Positions 60,692 through 64,000 of a stretch of DNA of 64,000 nucleotides are shown piece by piece. Below the pieces are notes generated by a model, which was not told the DNA's origin, made no database searches, and was given only the letters and a program-made list of their open reading frames with translations. This stretch comes from Podarcis cretensis (Eukaryota): contig OX638163.1 of assembly GCA_951804945.1 (NCBI GenBank), positions 32,550,001 through 32,614,000 of the forward strand, written 5' to 3'. The translations under genes were made by a program, and so were the position numbers. Every line of letters starts with the position of its first letter. Within the stretch, counting starts at the first letter, position 1.

Positions 60692-60755
60692 AGTGAATAC
60701 ATTGGTGAACGGGACAAGAGGCTATCCTGGATGACAGGCTTCACAGGATCGGCAG
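60692..60755 (+). CDS. XPNPEP2: XPNPEP2 coding exon 4
   Basis: Acceptor tttcccAG, 64 nt, SEYIGERDKRLSWMTGFTGSA plus G, donor GTAAAT. Conserved GFTGSAG motif. Confidence 0.95.
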
Positions 60756-61994
60756 GTAAATACTCTTTCAGACTTACCATCCCACTTTTCCTGGTCTACA
60801 TTGGCCAGGACCCTAAGATACACAGGTCCTGAACAATAAATGGGGGACGTGTGGCCCTCTGCAAGTTGTTGGCCTTCAGCTCCCATCAGCCCCAGCCAGC
60901 ACAGTCAGTTATTAGGGGGGATAGGAGCTCTGTAGTTCAGAAATATTTAGGTCCCAGGTTTCCAATCCCCAGCCTAGGCCTAATACAGACTTCTGTTCAC
61001 TGGGAGTTAGAACCAGCACCTAAATGGAATGCCAAGTTAATGGAATGTGCATAGAAATATCAACAGCACATTACTGTTAGCAAAGTCGCTTCTATAATAC
61101 AGGAGTCCAGAGTGAAATGAAATCCTGATAACACATTACTCAGAAAAGCTGAACAATACAGTATATAAATTGGGAAGAAAAGAACAAAGAGATTTTGTCT
61201 TTATTACTTCACAACATCCACATAACCAAACATACAGAGAAAAGAATTCCCTCAGAACTACACAGCCAATCAGGGCATGTGCTACCTCAGCAAAAATCAT
61301 TTCCCCCTGCCTGCCTGTTTCCCTCTTGGCTAGTTGACTTTAGCATTGACAGAACTAACCCTTAAGCCATATGTGGGGAACCCCTGATCCTCTGGATGTT
61401 GCTGAACTACAATTCACATCAGCACTTGGCATGATCGCTGTCAATTGACTCATTATGAACATGCAAAGGAAGGAAGGCAGGGAATAAAAAAAAATTCTGA
61501 ATTTTTGAAGAAGAAAAGTAGCTGCATTTAATGTTTTAAAGATGTTGAGAGGTGTCATATTCAAGGCACTGTATTTGCTTGTTTAAAATAAAAAAATTAA
61601 AGGGGAGGGGGACACAAAGGGCAGAAATTCACCATATCTGATTTCTCACACCTGTAATATGAGTGTGAAGCTTGCATCGGCAAAGATTCACATGTGGTCT
61701 AAACTTGGCACTCATGTTCTCTGTGTCTTTTCATTGACATCATTTATAAATGATGCACTTCACATGAAAGAGCACTCACAACATCGGTTGTGAAACACAT
61801 TGCCACATCCATTCTACACCATGCATATAAAGGACATTTAAAGCACATGGCTCCCCCCCCTGCAATGAAACCTGGGAACTGCAGTTTATCATCACAGAGC
61901 TACAGTTCCCAGCACCCTTAATAAACTACAGTTTCCAGGATTATTTGGGAAAAGACATGTGCTTTAAATGTATGGTTTGGATATGACCTATTTA

Positions 61995-62362
61995 GGACGT
62001 GGGTCCAAACCACTGAGCCTCTTGGACTTGCTGATCAGAAGGTCGGCGGTTCGAATCCCTGTGACAGGGTGAGCTCCCATTGCTGTGTCCCAGCTCCTGC
62101 CAACCTAGCAATTCGAAAGCATGCCAGTGCAAGTAGATAAATATGTACCACTGCAGCAAGAAGGTAAACAGCATTTCCATGTGTTCTGGTTTCCATCATG
62201 GTGTTTTCTTGCACCAGAAGCGGTTTAGTCATGCTGGTCACATGACCCAGAAAGCTTGGACAAATGCTGGCTCCCTTGGCCTGAAAGCAAGATGAGCGCT
62301 GCAACCCTATAGTCGCCTTTGACTGGACTTAACTGTCCAGGGGTCCTTTACCCTTTACCTTT
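61995..62362 (+). mobile_element. Sauria SINE, longer subfamily
   Basis: Same diagnostic segments as the 59668 copy; TATTTAGG flanking repeat. Confidence 0.88.
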
Positions 62363-62582
62363 TATTTAGGCCTTGTTTAGCTCTGGGATACCAAGACATA
62401 GTAAAGAAGCTTATAGGCATGTACAGAGTATATTTCCTTCACCAAGTAGTAACCAGTTCCAGCAAGTGCTAGGAAATAGGGCTGAGGAATGTGTTTTCAA
62501 GCAAGCTCAGGTCATAGCAACTCTGATGTTAGGAATTTATCATGATACACACACATTAAATTGTTCTGCTTGTTTGTTGTAG

Positions 62583-62687
62583 GGACTGGTGTGGTCACTT
62601 TGCAGAAGGCTGCGCTCTTCACTGACAGTCGCTACTGGATCCAAGCTGAGCGGCAAATGGATTGCAACTGGGAGCTGCAGAAATCAA
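62583..62687 (+). CDS. XPNPEP2: XPNPEP2 coding exon 5 (gene continues beyond window)
   Basis: Acceptor ttgtAG, 105 nt, (G)TGVVTLQKAALFTDSRYWIQAERQMDCNWELQKS, donor GTTAGT. Conserved TDSRYWxQAERQMDCNW. Confidence 0.95.
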
Positions 62688-63068
62688 GTTAGTGCCCTCC
62701 ATAAAAATGTCTTGGGGTGCAGTTCCCCCTCTGGCCACCAGGGCTGCAAAGAGATAGGGAGAAATTCAATTCAGCTCACAATTAAATGTGAACCTTCTTA
62801 ATTAGCTTTTCCTGAAACAATATGCAGATTGAAAAGCAGCCGTCTTTCAAAATTGGCACGTCTGAATTTTGCAGTGGAGTCCTCCAGCCAAATAATGTGA
62901 AGAAAAATGCATCTACTAGGACAGTGTGTGCATAGAAATGCATATAGCAGTGAAAATAACATAGAAAAATGCATTGTACTAGGGGAAGTTGCTTTGTGAA
63001 ACTTGTGCATACAAAAATGTGAAAATGAATAAATTTGCACTAAAACACTGGTGAATTTTCATGAATAC

Positions 63069-63108
<40 letters not shown>

Positions 63109-63110
<2 letters not shown>

Positions 63111-63460
63111 GTGGTGCCCTGCAAGACGAATGCCTTGCAAGACGAAAAACCCGCTAGACGAAAGGGTTTTCCGTTTTGGTGGTGCTTCGCAAAACGAATT
63201 TCCTATGGGCTTGCTTCGCAAGACGAAAATGTCTTGCGAGTTCCTGCGGGTTTTTTTCCCTCCCCCCCCCTTTCTAAGCCGCTAAGCCGCTTATCAGCTG
63301 ATCCGCTAAGCTGATAAGCCGCTAAAAGCCGCTAAAAGCCGCTAAACCGCTAATAGCGCTAATCCGCTAAGCCGTCAATGGGCTTGCTTCGCAAGACGAA
63401 AAAACCGCTAGACGAAGAGAATCGCGGAACGGATTCTTTTCGTCTTGCGAGGCACCACTG
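63109..63460. mobile_element. Second Tigger-like MITE family with an internal CCGCTAA(G) tandem array
   Basis: TIR CAGTGGTGCC(C/T)..GCAAGACGAA; flanked by (TA)n/(CA)n. Confidence 0.85.
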
Positions 63461-64000
63461 TATATATATATTGCACCCAGATGTGGAAATGCAGAGAAGT
63501 GAACTTAAGACTGGAAAAATGAGAAACTGAAATCGACAGGTTTGTTCATCTCTAGTGCCACACATCAGCAGACAAGCCCTTCTAGACTAAAGCAGGTGTC
63601 CTAGGAGACTTCAGTGTGAAATGGATGACCAGGTCAAACAGATACTCCAACCACAAGTCCTGGGCTGCTTCCACCGTGTGAATTTCTTGTGAAACAGCTA
63701 TGCTTTGTTCACCCACTTTTTTTAATGAGGCACCTGCATAGCTAATTAACTAATTCAATTCATTAATCAGTGCCCATAAAATATCTCAATATGATTTCAC
63801 AATAAATTCACATCAAGAATAAAAGCAATTATGCGATTTCATATATGAAAAACAGGCACACAGACTCAGGAACCGCTGACACGTGACACCTACATCTTGC
63901 TAGGATTCAGACTCAAGTCTACTGACCTTTATCAAGCCCATCACAGAGCAACTGGTCCAGGGCTGGCATAGTCTCTCCTGATTGCTTCATATTGAATAAC

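Overview
Vertebrate genomic DNA, almost certainly from a squamate and most likely a lacertid lizard. The basis is Sauria/Squam1-type SINEs with (ACCTTT)n tails, BovB, young L2 and L1 LINEs, and many Tc1/mariner, hAT and Harbinger-like MITEs. The window holds the divergent gene pair APLN (minus strand) and XPNPEP2 (plus strand). For APLN, the CpG-island promoter and the 67-nt signal-peptide exon at 14511-14577 are present. The exon encoding mature apelin was not found and presumably lies left of position 1. For XPNPEP2, coding exons 1-5 lie at 54356-62687 with canonical GT-AG sites and compatible phases. The ~40 kb between the genes is repeat-rich and includes a 138-N gap and a near-complete but disabled L2. 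The most intriguing unexplained signals are three. (i) Two almost perfect RFX X-boxes at ~41.0 kb are followed by a chain of plus-strand exon-like blocks (41.4-49.1 kb) that suggest an unannotated transcript or a decaying gene. (ii) An exon-like block in APLN intron 1 is in frame with the apelin signal peptide, carries a GRKRR processing signal, and is bracketed by an inverted MITE pair. (iii) Several compact transcription-factor motif clusters may be APLN or XPNPEP2 enhancers or an insulator. All family assignments are by recognition from memory, not database search.
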